Assembly: GCA_950097015.1 (NCBI GenBank)
Contig: CATNEN010000011.1
Span: forward strand, 5,456,001-5,520,000
Source: Macrostomum hystrix
Lineage: Eukaryota > Animalia > Platyhelminthes
Direction of reading: 5' to 3'
Length of the DNA stretch: 64,000 bases
The notes beneath the pieces were generated by a model, which saw only the letters and a program-made list of their open reading frames with translations, had not been told where the DNA came from and searched no databases. Position 1 is the stretch's first letter. Each line of letters begins with the position of its first letter. Positions 33,701-45,700 of the stretch are shown here, one piece after another. Made by a program: the position numbers and the translations under genes.

Positions 33701-36700
33701 CGGCTGTTGCCGCCCATATCGCTAACCCCTGGCAGCCAGACGGCCTCCAGCGAGGCGGTGCCGCTCAGGGTGGTCCGTCGGTCGGTTCCGCCGCGCGATC
33801 TTCCTCGCCATAGGCTGGGAAGAAATCAGCTCGGCCGGTATCCCGGAGGAAGTGGGCGAGCTGAGGGATGTTCTCGGGCGAGCAGGCTTCGGCAAGAGTC
33901 GGTGCCGGCCCGAGGTGTTTTAGCCTAGCCCGGGTGAAGGCCGGGCAGTGGCAAATGAAATGCTCGGCGTTTTCACGGCCGGAGCAGCAGAAAGGACACG
34001 TTTCCTCAGGCACGTGGCCTTGGAGGTAGCGGTGTCTGGTGAAGCAGCCATGTCCCGAAAGGGCCATGGTGACTGCTCTCAGGTCTCTGCGGTTTAGCCT
34101 GAGTAAGGCCTTACGCAGGTTACTAGAGGGGGTTGGCACCGCAGCCCTGGACTGGCGACAGTTCAGGGTGCTGGACCACCTCCTCCGGTGCTGGGTCTCC
34201 ATCCAGTGGTTGATGCTGGAGTTGACAACGGAGGCGGGGATCGGGGATTCCGGGCCCGGGCCCATCAGGGAGCTGGCTGCTCCAGCCTTTGCAAGCTCGT
34301 CCGCCATCTCATTCCCTGTGAGCCCGGCGTGCCCAGGGATCCACATCAGCTCCACCTTGTTAGACTGCGCCAAACCGTTTAACTGGTTGTTGCAGTCCAA
34401 GGTGGTTCTGGAGCGAGAGGTGCAGCGACTGAGGGCCTTGAGGGCTGCTTGACTGTCGGAGTGAAAAAAGATCCTCCGACCAGCCAGCTGCCTCTGGCGC
34501 AGCTCAGCCGCACAGAAGCTGATGGCGAGCATTTCGTTTTGGAAAACGCTTGAGCTCTTGCCACAGTGTTGGGAGTGGGTCCAGAGGACCTCGCCACCCG
34601 AGGCGACGCACACCCCGAATCCCGATTTACCGTTCATCAGGGAGCCGTCAGTGTAACAGTGGACTGCGGGGTCATCCCAGCAGTCCTTTACCTCATTACG
34701 AGGGAAGATGCTGACTTTGTACCTGTGGCTCCGGAGTAAAGTGGCCGGGGCCCCGTCCGAAAGGATGGTGAGCCCTCCGCACTCGCCCAGAGTTTTCAGG
34801 CAGAGGTCAGAGTGGGGCAGAAGGGAGCGCTTCGAGAAGGCTCGCGAATTCTGGAAGGATACACCCGCATCAAGGAGACGACGGGTGGACTTTGCCGCTT
34901 CCCCCTTAACAAAAATGTCAATGGGTGTAGCGTTGAGGAAAGCGTTCATGCCTTCAAAGGGAGTGGAGGGTGGGGCGCCCAGCGTCATGCGACAGGCTCT
35001 GCCCTGCACCCTATAAAGCGCCTCCAGGTTTTTCTGGATGCTCATGGCACTGGCCCAGATGAGGCCAGCGTAAGCGACTGACGGTCTAATGATCGCCGTG
35101 TAAATCCACCAAAGGTTTTTGGGGGTTAGCCCCCAAGTGGTGCCCACGGCTCGCCTGACTTGCGCCAGAATGGCCAGGGCCCTCTTGGCCTTTGTGGTAA
35201 TGTGCGGGGTCCAGTTAAGCCTATGGTCTAGCAGGATACCAAGGCACCGGACCTGCTTTTCCATGGCAATATTCTTGCCATAGAGAGTCAGAGGCTCAAT
35301 GGTCCAGCGCAGCCTGCTGGTAAACATAACCGCAACGGTCTTGGACTCAGAGAGTCGGAGCCCGCATTGGTCCGCCCAGCGCACCGCCCTGTTGATAAAG
35401 CCCTGAATGAGGTCCCTGGTGGTTTCCGCCGAGGGGCCCGCGCAGATGGCGGTCACATCGTCGGCATATCCCACCTTCAGGACTGGGTCAGGCCGAGTGC
35501 TTTTTAGCAGCTCATCCATGACGAGATTCCACAGCAGTGGGGTGAGGACGCCACCTTGGGGCCCTCCTTTTAGGACAGGTGCCGAGAGCACCCTGCCTTC
35601 GAGGTGGGCCACCACGTGGCGATTCCGGATCATGTACATGACCCAACGGACGAGGTGGGGGTGAGTGGCCCTGGAAACCAGGGCCTTCTCAAAGGCTTCG
35701 AAAATAACGTTATCGAAGGCCCCCTCAATATCAAGGAAAACAGCCAGGGCAAAACCGCTGCCCAGCACTGCCTTCTCGAGAGTCTCCACAATGCAGTGGA
35801 GGGCGCTCTCCGTGGACCGGCCCGCCCGAAAGGCGTGCTGGTTTGGTGAGAGCGGGGCCCGCCCTAGCTCTACAGTAAGAAGGCGCCAGAGCACCAGTCT
35901 TTCCATGAGCTTGAGGCAGGTGGAAGTCAAGCTTATCGGGCGATAAGACTTGACCGAGCGATAGTCGCCTTTGGCGGGCTTCGGGATGAAGACGACCCGG
36001 GCTTCATGCCACCGCGCTGGTACGTAGCCCAGCACGATGCAGGCCCGTAGAAGTCTGCAGAGGAGATGGAGGAAGCGGCCATTTTTAACCGCTTCATGCA
36101 GAAAGGCCGGATATATACCATCTGGCCCAGGTGCTTTAAAAGGATTGAATGACTTAGCCGCGCGAACGATGCGGTCATTCGTAACGAGTGACTGAGCCAG
36201 GCCCTGACCTCCACGCGAGTGGTCGTCTGGGCCGAAGTGCGCCGGTACACTCGGGAAGAAATGCCCTAGCATAAGCTCGAGCGTTTCCTCCGGGCGCTCA
36301 GTGATCGAGCCGTCCGGCTTTTTAATCGATGAGAGCTTGGAGAAGCGGTCGTTGGTGAGCGCCTTTACCACGCGGGCCGTGGGCCGCGAGCCCTCAAGCC
36401 CTTCGCAGTATTGTCGCCACTTGTCCGCTTTTGCCCTTCTGACCCGGCCCTTAAACTCATGGATGGCGCGAGTATAGGCCTCTTTGTCATCAGGGTCGTG
36501 CGAGGTTTTCAGCTTCCTCTGGAGAGCCTTAGCTCGGCGTCTTAGGACTCCGAGCTCGGGGTTCCACCAGGGGGCCGATTTTTTGCCTTTGTAGGCTTTG
36601 AGCGGGCAAGCCATTTCGTAGGCCTCTGTGATGGCGCCGCCCAGCAGGGCAGCCACTCCATCCAGGTCCTGCGTGGTTTCCATGGCCATGGAGGGGTCAG

Positions 36701-39700
36701 AATCCCGAAGGCCCTCATGCAGCTTTTGGCTGAACGCGGGCCAGTCGGTATTTCTGACATTACGCCTCCAAATAGGCTTTTGCTTCTTATCGGGGGTGCC
36801 GATGTTGAAACGGATGAAACGGTGGTCCGAGAGCGAGCTTTCGGTCTCCCACACCTCCCACCCCAGCACCCTTGGGAGGATGCCGGGTGAGGCCAGGGTG
36901 ACGTCAAGCACCTCAGCCCACCGCCCATTGTCGAAAGTGGGCGTGTTGCCCACATTGCAGAAGTTTAGAGGCGTGCCGCTGACGAAGGCCAGGAGCTCTT
37001 CGCCGCGGTCATTGATTTTTGAGCTACCCCAGTGGGTGTGATGCGAGTTTACATCTCCCGCGAGGAGCAGCTCGAAGTTTCGTGCCCTGGCGAATTCACA
37101 GAGGGCGACGAGGGTATCGCTAACCACGGGGGCGTCGCCTGCCAGGTAGGCGGATGCCACGAGGGTCAACTTGTTAGGCACAATGTGTGCAGATTGGATG
37201 ACGCAGATGTCCCCGTTAGAGAGATCGGGTCTCATCCACGCATTTAAGGCTTTTGCGGCATAGATCAGTGATCTAGGGCGGACAGAGTCTGCCATGCAGA
37301 AGCAGTCATAGCCAGCAGGAATGTTGCTTGGCTTGTTCTTTGATAGCCAGGGCTCCTGCACAAGTACAAGGCCCGGCATCATGCGCTCTGTCGTGCGCAT
37401 CAGATTGACTGATGCTGCCACGCAGTGCTGGGTGTTAACTTGCAGACATGATATTCCGGGGATCATCATGCAGGCAGAGGTCTACTTGGAGGGGGACCCA
37501 GCCAGAAGGCGGTCCTCCTCCTCCGGGTCGATGTCGGTAGCCATGGGCTCCTCCGTGCCCAGGCCCCGAGCCGGAGACGGGAACTCGACGGCGTCAGCCG
37601 CCCAGTCCCCGCCCCCGGCCCCGAGCCCAGGCCCAGAGTCGCCCTCAACTGGAGCCGACACCGCTCCCTGGGCCGTGGGAGGGGCGCTCGAAGGGCCCTG
37701 CTCGATGGAGCTGGGCACCTCTGAGGCCTCCCCCGTAGCCCTTGGTTGCGGCGCCCGCCCCGGTGGGCCACCGCGCATCTCAGCGCGCAGCTGGGCCATC
37801 TTGGCGGTTCGCACCACCTCGGAGGCCCGCTGGAGAAGGCCCCGGCGCTTTGTGACACGCGCGGGGCGACGCTCAGAGCTGCCAGCGATGGCACGCTCTG
37901 GCCTTTTTTTGGCGGGACGACTGGGCCCTGCCCCCAGTCCCAGCCTTGGGGTCCGAGGACCCTTCATTGGCCGGTACGGTGGTGGGCCCGGTCTGACCTC
38001 GGGTTTTATCCGCCTCGAAGGCGAAGATTTTGGTCTTCCACAGACCAATGCAAATGTTGGCGCCATCTGGGTAGCGGCGTGTCCATTGCTCGGACAGGCC
38101 CAGAATGGCGGTGAAACCGGTGCCGTCGGGGCGCAGGATCGTGCGGTGCACGATCAGGCCCGCTGTCGGCAGCTCCCGGTTCATCGCGATGAGGCCCCTG
38201 CGGAGGTCCTCAGCGCTGGTGACGACACTTTTCGCCGGGACGAAGATACGGTGTCGCTTGGTCTTTGGTGGCTCGTTCTCCCGTAGGAACTCGAGGCCAG
38301 CCGCCCAGCTCTGCGTGGGCAGCAACTCGAGGAGCCGCCGCCCCGATTCCGCATCGCCGGGCCAGACGACGAAGCACGATTCCCTGGTAGCGCTTGCGCC
38401 GACCGCCAGGGGCTCGCCCTTCAGTTGAAGTTGCCACAACATAGCATCTATGTTGCGGCAAATGTCGCTGAGCTGTTCGCTGCTCAGCCTTTTCCCGTCT
38501 CTGCCGGTGATGATGACGGCAGGTTGCCTACGTGCGATGGCGGCGTAGGTAGCTTGTGGTCCCGGGCCCTGTCCGGTGGCGTCCCCACCCTCGGGATCTG
38601 CGTCGGCGGTGGGCACAGGGCCCTCCGCCTCCGCTTCTCCTTCGGGCCGGGCAGCCGTCCGGATGGGCGCCGGGCCCTCCTTGGCCCGCGACCCTGGCCT
38701 CGGGGCGTCGTGGGCTCCGCCCCGTGCAGGAGCCTGGGCAGGAGGCACAAGGCCCCCCGCCCCAGCCCCCGCCCTAGGCAGAGCCCCTTCGGCCCCTCTG
38801 GCCTGGGCCTGGTCCTTGGTCAATGGAGCCGACGTGCCGTGGGCCAGCATGCGCCTACGGCGTTTTGCCGCTCCAGAGGTGGTGGAGCGCTTAGCGCCCC
38901 GGTCATCGCGCGAGTTGGGCAGCGCGGCATTTGTGGCGGTCGCGGGGCCAGCTAGCCCGGGCGCCGCAGCGTGTATGGCCTCAGGCACCATGGTGTCCTC
39001 GGCCGGAGCAGTTGAAGGGCTAGAAGCCATTGAAAGCTGCAATGAAGAGAGGGGCTTCCTGTAGACACAGGCAGGAATAACCCGCTCAGCCGCGATCCCA
39101 AAACTGAGCGGGGGCAGCCAAAAAAGACAAGTTACAACCCGGGGTGGGATGCCAGGACCACCGGGAGGAACCGTAAGAGACCAGACTACTCCCTGGCCAA
39201 GCGTCCATCAGCACGGTCAACACTGGGACATTGGAGGGTGCCATTGAGCCGGCGCCGAGGCCTGCGGGCTGGCCGCAAACCCTGTTAAGGTCAAAGGGTG
39301 ACACCTGTCCCTCAGGGCCGTAGCCAGAGGTACCTGATCACGCACAGGTGCACGAAAAATGCGGACAAGCCACATACCCTGTTAAGGTCAAAGGGTGACA
39401 CCTTTCCCTCCAGCCGGGGCTAGAGGTACCCAGTTTGGCCGGAGGCCCTGGATGGGTCATCCAGCGCTGTTGCCCATTCTGTCCGGCTGCCCTAGGGTCA
39501 GCCTTGAACACTCGCGGGACGTGTACCCATGGGTCAGCTGACGGGACAGCGTTGGAGGGATTCCTGCACCCGAAGGTACAGGTCTCCTTCCTGCCAGGCC
39601 TGCTCAAAAAACGGCTGCAGGTGTGAGGCATCGCAGACCAAAGCCCGTGGGCCTGGACTGACTCATACCTCACAGGCACTGTGTCCCGCCGGTGCGAGCG

Positions 39701-42700
39701 ACAGAGGAGATGAGACAGAGGAGAAACGAGGCAGGGTAGATGGAACAGTAAAAAGCAAATCAATTGAATTCAATTGATTTATGCTCAGAGTTTTCATATT
39801 GTGGGGAACTGGTGTAGTCAAGTTATTGGAGTTCAATTTTATGACTAAGTGGTGACTTTATTATTTAGGAAATCGATAATCTACAGGCATGAATTATTCA
39901 TGACCTCAGTTGATAGATTTGGCAAATATTTAGCCAGCCAGATTACGTCAAAAACAGATTGTGCACTTTGCTCACGAAGCGGGTTTAGGATGTGGATTAA
40001 GTGCCCAAGCGGGGCATTGCAGAGTGTTCAGGCTTGGTCTAATCTGCAAATCTTCGATTTTCCTACTTGGTCTTGATGAAGTCAGGACAAGCGAACTGGA
40101 CTGAAAGTGTGTCATTTCCTTTTTGAATGCATTATGCTCGAAAAAAAATTGTTACTGCAGCCAGTGTTTATCAGGAACAAGAAGTCCTAAATCTAAGATT
40201 TAACAACTCGTCAGATTCACAGTAAAGAGAAATGAGACAGTAGAGAGAAATGAGACAGTAGAGAGAAATGAGACAGTAGAGAGAAATGAGACAGTAGAGA
40301 GAAATGAGACAGTAGAGAGAGATGAGACAGTAGAGTGTGATAAGACAGTAGAGAGAGATGAGACAGTAGAGAGAGATGAGACAGTAGAGAGAGATGAGAC
40401 AGTAGAGAGAGATGAGACAGTAGAGAGAGATGAGACAGTAGAGAGAGATGAGACAATAGAGAGAGATGAGACAGTAGAGAGAGATGAGACAGTAGAGAGA
40501 GATGAGACAGTAGAGAGAGATGAGACAATAGAGAGAGAGATGTGACAGTAGAGAGAAATGAAACAGTAGAGAGAGATGAGACAGTAGAGAGAAATGAGAC
40601 AGTAGAGAGAGATGAGACAGTAGAGAGAGATGAGACAATAGAGAGAGATAAGACAGTAGAGAGATGAGACAGTAGAGAGAGATGAGACAGTAGAGTGAGA
40701 TAAGACAGTAGAGAGAGATGAGACAGTAGAGTGAGATGAGTCAGTAGAGTGAGATGAGACAGTAGAGTGAGATGAGACAGTAGAGTGTGAAAATACAGTA
40801 GAGAGATGAGACAGTAGAGTGAGATGAGACAGTAGAGTGTGAAAAGACAGTAGAGTGTGAAAATAAAGTAGAGTGTGAAAAGACAGTAGAGAGATGAGAC
40901 AGTAGAGTGAGATAAGACAGTAGAGAGATGAGACAGTAGAGAGATGAGACAGTAGAGTGAGATGAGTCAGTAGAGTGAGATGAGACAGTAGAGTGTGAAA
41001 AGACAGTAGAGAGATGAGACAGTAGAGTGAGATGAGACAGTAGAGAGATGAGACAGTAGAGTGAGATAAGACAGTAGAGTGAGATAAGACAGTAGAGAGA
41101 TGAGACAGTAGAGTGAGATAAGACAGTAGAGTGAGATAAGACAGTAGAGAGATGAGACAGTAGAGTGAGATAAGACAGTAGAGAGATAAGACAGTAGAGT
41201 GAGTTAAGACAGTAGAGAGATGAGACAGTAGAGTGAGATAAGACGGTAGAGAGATGAGATAAGAAGAGGAGTTTCTGCAGATTGTCGGATTGAATAAGCT
41301 TCGCGGGCTGCAGTTTTCCGATCCCGTGTTAATGTTCGGATCCCAACAGTTATAATAGCAGAGTATAACCAAGTTCCTAACGTTTTTAATGTTCTTTATA
41401 ATTATTCCAATATCCTGTATAGGTTTTAAGAGCAATGCACGACCCCGAGAACAGTCACTCACACTCACTCACTCTCAAACTGACAAGAATTGGTGGATCG
41501 TTGCAATGGCGCCTTAAAATTGTGAAACAGGTGGATCTGACGCAGTCCCTTGGCACTGCCAATTTTTGTGCCGGATTATACGAGAAGTTGAGTCAGGGGA
41601 TTATATACCAGACTTACTTGAGAAGCAACTTAGCACTGAATGGAAATTCACACTTTGTGGGTTTATAAGTGTGAATAAAAAGACTCAAGAGTCAATGGAC
41701 TCAAGCTCAAAGTCTGGTTCAAAGCTTGAAAAAAAATTAACACGAATTGCTTTTTTTCTGTCAATCTCTTTCGTCACAAACTGTGAGGACTGTCCGTTCT
41801 TTAGAAGTACCAAAGTCTGTCACAGACTATCTCAGGTTGTCTAACAGGTTTTGATTGTGTCTAACAGGTTTTGATTGTGTCTAACAGGTTTTGATTGTGT
41901 CTAACAGGTTGTGATTGTGTCTAACAGGTTGCGATTGTGTCTAACAGGTTGTGATTGAGTCTAACAGATTGTGCTAGTGTCTAACAGGTTGTGATTGTGT
42001 CTAACAGGTTATGGTTGAGTCTAACAGATTGTGCTAGTGTCTAACAGGTTGTGATTGTGTCTAACAGGTTATGGTTGAGTCTAACAGATTGTGCTAGTGT
42101 CTAACAGGCTGTCATTGTGTCTAACAGGTTATGGTTGAGTCTAACAGATTGTGCTAGTGTCTAACAGGTTGTGATTGTGTCTAACAGGTTATGGTTGAGT
42201 CTAACAGATTGTGCTAGTGTCTAACAGGCTGTCATTGTGTCTAACAGGTTGTGCTAGTGTCTAACAGGTTGTGCTAGTGTCTAACAGGTTGTGCTAGTGT
42301 CTAACAGGTTATGATTGTGTCTAACAGGTTGTGATTGTGTCTAACAGGTTGTCATCTGTCTAACAGGTTGTGATCTGTCTAACAGGTTGTGATCTGTCTA
42401 ATAGGTTGTCATCTGTCTAACAGGTTGTCATCTGTCTAACAGGTTGTCATCTGTCTAACAGGTTGTGATCTGTCTAACAGGTTGTCATCTGTCTAACAGG
42501 TTGTGATCTATCTAACAGGTTGTGATCTATCTAACAGTTTGTGATCTGTCTAACAGGTTGTGATCTGTCTAACAGGTTGTCATCTGTCTAACAGGTTCTG
42601 ATCTTCTAGAATTTCCTCCCAACAGGTGCGGTTTGGCTGGACCCGACAGCTGGACCGCACGAGTCGGCGAGCATGTCGCAGCTTCGTGTTGTGGCCCAGG

Positions 42701-45700
42701 CGTGGCCCCTGCTGCTCATCATTCTGGTGTCCTGCTCATTCGCTGCCGTGCTGGTCTGGTTCATGGTGAGCATAGACTCATCAACTGCTTGGATAGCTTA
42801 GAGTTTTATTGCCGAAAAACTCGAAATCTCGCTTAAAATCTTTGCCGATATCTCACCTAAAATCTCACCCCTAAGTCTTATCTCACTTAAAATCTCACCT
42901 AATATTATTCTTGAAGTCTTATCCGAAGATCTCATTCGAAAACTCGGCCTAAAGTCTCGCCAAAATCCAAATCACATAAAAAATCTCACCTAAAGTCTCT
43001 CGCAAAATCCCACACGAAATCTCACATAAAACTCTCTCCCTAACTCTCACCCAAAATCTCACCCAAAATCTCACCCAAAATCTCACCCGAAATCTCACCC
43101 GAAATCTCACCCGAATTCTCACCAGAAATCTCATCAGAAATCTCACCTGAAATTTCACCTTAAATCTCACCTAAAGTCTCACTCGAAGTCTCACACTCTC
43201 TCGGTGATATTCCAGGAGCGGCTGAAGAATCCGCAAGAGTTTCCGCGTCCATTTGTGCGCGGCTTCTGGGAGGGCTGGTGGTGGGCCTTCATCACCATGA
43301 CAACCGTTGGGTGAGAATAAACTCGAATACACACTGAGGCGAGGTATATTATCAAATAGCTCGCGCTGCTTGGCTTATGAGTACAGTGTTAATTTATTCT
43401 AAAGTTTGTTGCGCAGAAGTTTTTACTATTCGTCAGAAACTTAACTTGGTCGGCTGCAGTCATTGCAAAATTTACATATTTAAAATTTACGAGTCAGCGA
43501 GTATGACTCACGTTTTTTTAATTTCATTTACTCAAACTCACTGACTTTATGCCGGGGTCCTTTCTCCGAGTACTACCTGTGCTCGCTGAGAAGCTGCGTG
43601 CCTTCCCACAAGCCGAAGCTGCAGGTGGCAGTGCAGCAGGCGGTGGAGGAGATTGGATTCACGAGATGGAGGAGCAGCTGCGACGGGCGAAGCAGCTGTT
43701 TAAGACAATGCGGAGAGACCTGGATTCGAGTGAAGATCGACTGACAGGTCCGATGACAGCTCGGATTGAGACAGCGCTTGTGTGACAGCGCGACATGGAC
43801 GATGTGAGAAGCTACAGGCAGGAGACGTGTCGAAGCTTGTCGAGCTGACGATGTCCATGGAGTTGTCGCTCGATGACTTGAAGGCGGACTTTGATCGGCT
43901 GCAGAAGTCGCTGGAGGAGAGCTTGGCAGCGGAGCAGCAGCTGGAGCGACTGGGGCAGGTGTCGGAGCAGTTCGGCAGAGCGTTGGCTCGTGTGAACGGG
44001 ACCGCTGAGGGCTGGAGAGACGCTGAGGTCAGCGCGACACCCGAGGAGATCGACGACGCAGTGAAGGCGCATGAGTCACGAGAGAAGCTGGATAGCTCTT
44101 GGCTATCACTCAAGACCACCTGTTGTCACCTCGACTCGACTCAACGAGAAAATTTAATATTTTAGCTGTTTCCGAGGGATTTCCGAGGGATTAATTATAA
44201 TAACTGCAATGGCACATCATTTGGTGACACTAGACCCGCAGCCAGCGAGGCAATTCTGCCCATTTCACTGACTCCTGAGCACACACGCACACAGGTGTGT
44301 ACACGTTCTCATCGTCAGGCAGTGTACATTTCACTGTGCCTTGGAGGTTGGCCCTCAATGGCGTAAATTGCACGACAAGCCCCCAAGCCTTCTCTCCGCG
44401 GCTGCGCCCCAAATAAATGTGGCCTCGCCGCGGAATCGAACTTAGGGACCTTGGTGCGAGAGGCAAACGCGTTAACCGCTCTGCCACCGACCGTCTTCCC
44501 AAAGGATTCAATTTTCTTCAATTTCAATAGTTTTCACGTTGACAAAAGTGCATTAATTTTGCAAGGCAATTATAAAGCTGTCAAACCAGTAAAAGTGCAC
44601 TCAGTCACACAAGCGTTCACAGTATCGAGTAAGAGCTTTAAATAATTAATTTGGCCTACTCCTGAATAACAAGGCGAGTCGTTAATACCTAGCTGGTCTG
44701 TCTGTACTAGTACATAATTACTTATCCAGCTAGATCCACTTGACAACAGCAGTAGTTTGAGTTCAGCTCTTTCTCTTGTATCATCGCGTACAATGCCGGA
44801 TATGTCTGGAGAACTCAGCAAGTTTTATAATGAGCAATTTTATCTCTGTTACAATGTCTCTAGACTGTCCCGCTTATTGCTTCCCTGTCTGTGTGACTTG
44901 ACAGCACTGCTGTGACTTCATGTCAAAACATTATTAAACAGTATTAGAGGCAAAATAAAGTGTCAGACGCCAATTGCCGGGCTTACTGAAACCTGTACCT
45001 AGTATATACGTTTAGGACTTGCATTCTGTAGCTTAACTGAATCAGGCACAGAGTGCTGCATAACATTTGTCAGTTTTGATGTAAAAATGAAAAATCCCTT
45101 ACCTTCATCTCCCCTCGAGATCTTCTGATAGGAGTCCCCGACTAAAAATCTGACACAGAGAATCTCACAGAGGAAAATGATCAAACACTAAGAATGCTGC
45201 GCCCAAAAATTCTAGAACAATCCACCGACTGTAATCTCCGAGTCTTAATCACACAGCCGAAAATCCCCACTTATAATCCCCCACGCAAAATCCCCCCTCA
45301 TAATCCTACCACCTATAGTCCCCCGCCCATAATACCCCCACAATAATCCTCCACCCGTAATCTTCCACTCTTATTCCTCGACCATAATCCCCGAAAAATC
45401 CCCAACTCATAATCCCCACCAATAATCCCCGCCCATAATCCCCCGGCAATAATCTTCCACCCATAATCCTCCTCCCATAATCCTCCACCCATAATCCTCC
45501 ACCCATAATCCTCCACCCATAATCCTCAACTTAAAATCCTCCACACATAATCCTCCACCCATAATCCTCCACCCATAATCCTCCACCCATAATCCTCCTC
45601 CCATAATCCTCCATCCATAATCCTCCACCCACAATCCTCCTCCCATAATCCTCCATCCATAATCCTCCATCCATAATCCTCAACTTAAAATCCTCCACAC

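Larger units (their letters stand above)
33651..39699 (-). mobile_element. Near full-length non-LTR retrotransposon (LOA/R1-like LINE with RNase H), 6049 bp
   Basis: Two-ORF structure and a TAAGTCAAGTAAG 3' tail. The 14-bp direct repeat GACAGAGGAGATGA at 33637-33650 and 39700-39713 is consistent with a TSD, although it lies in a satellite. Antisense in intron 1 of the channel gene. Confidence 0.93.

Noticed and set aside
37321-39064. Plus-strand ORFs overlapping the LINE (37321-38286, 38425-38955, 38576-39064)
   Set aside because: Antisense shadows of GC-rich ORF1 and ORF2, with no recognisable domains.
39480-39600. HDV-like ribozyme at the LINE 5' end (CTG-TCCCGT-CAG with GGGTGCAG/CTGACCC)
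   Set aside because: The L3 is short, P1 is bulged, and there is no P1.1 or P2' partner.
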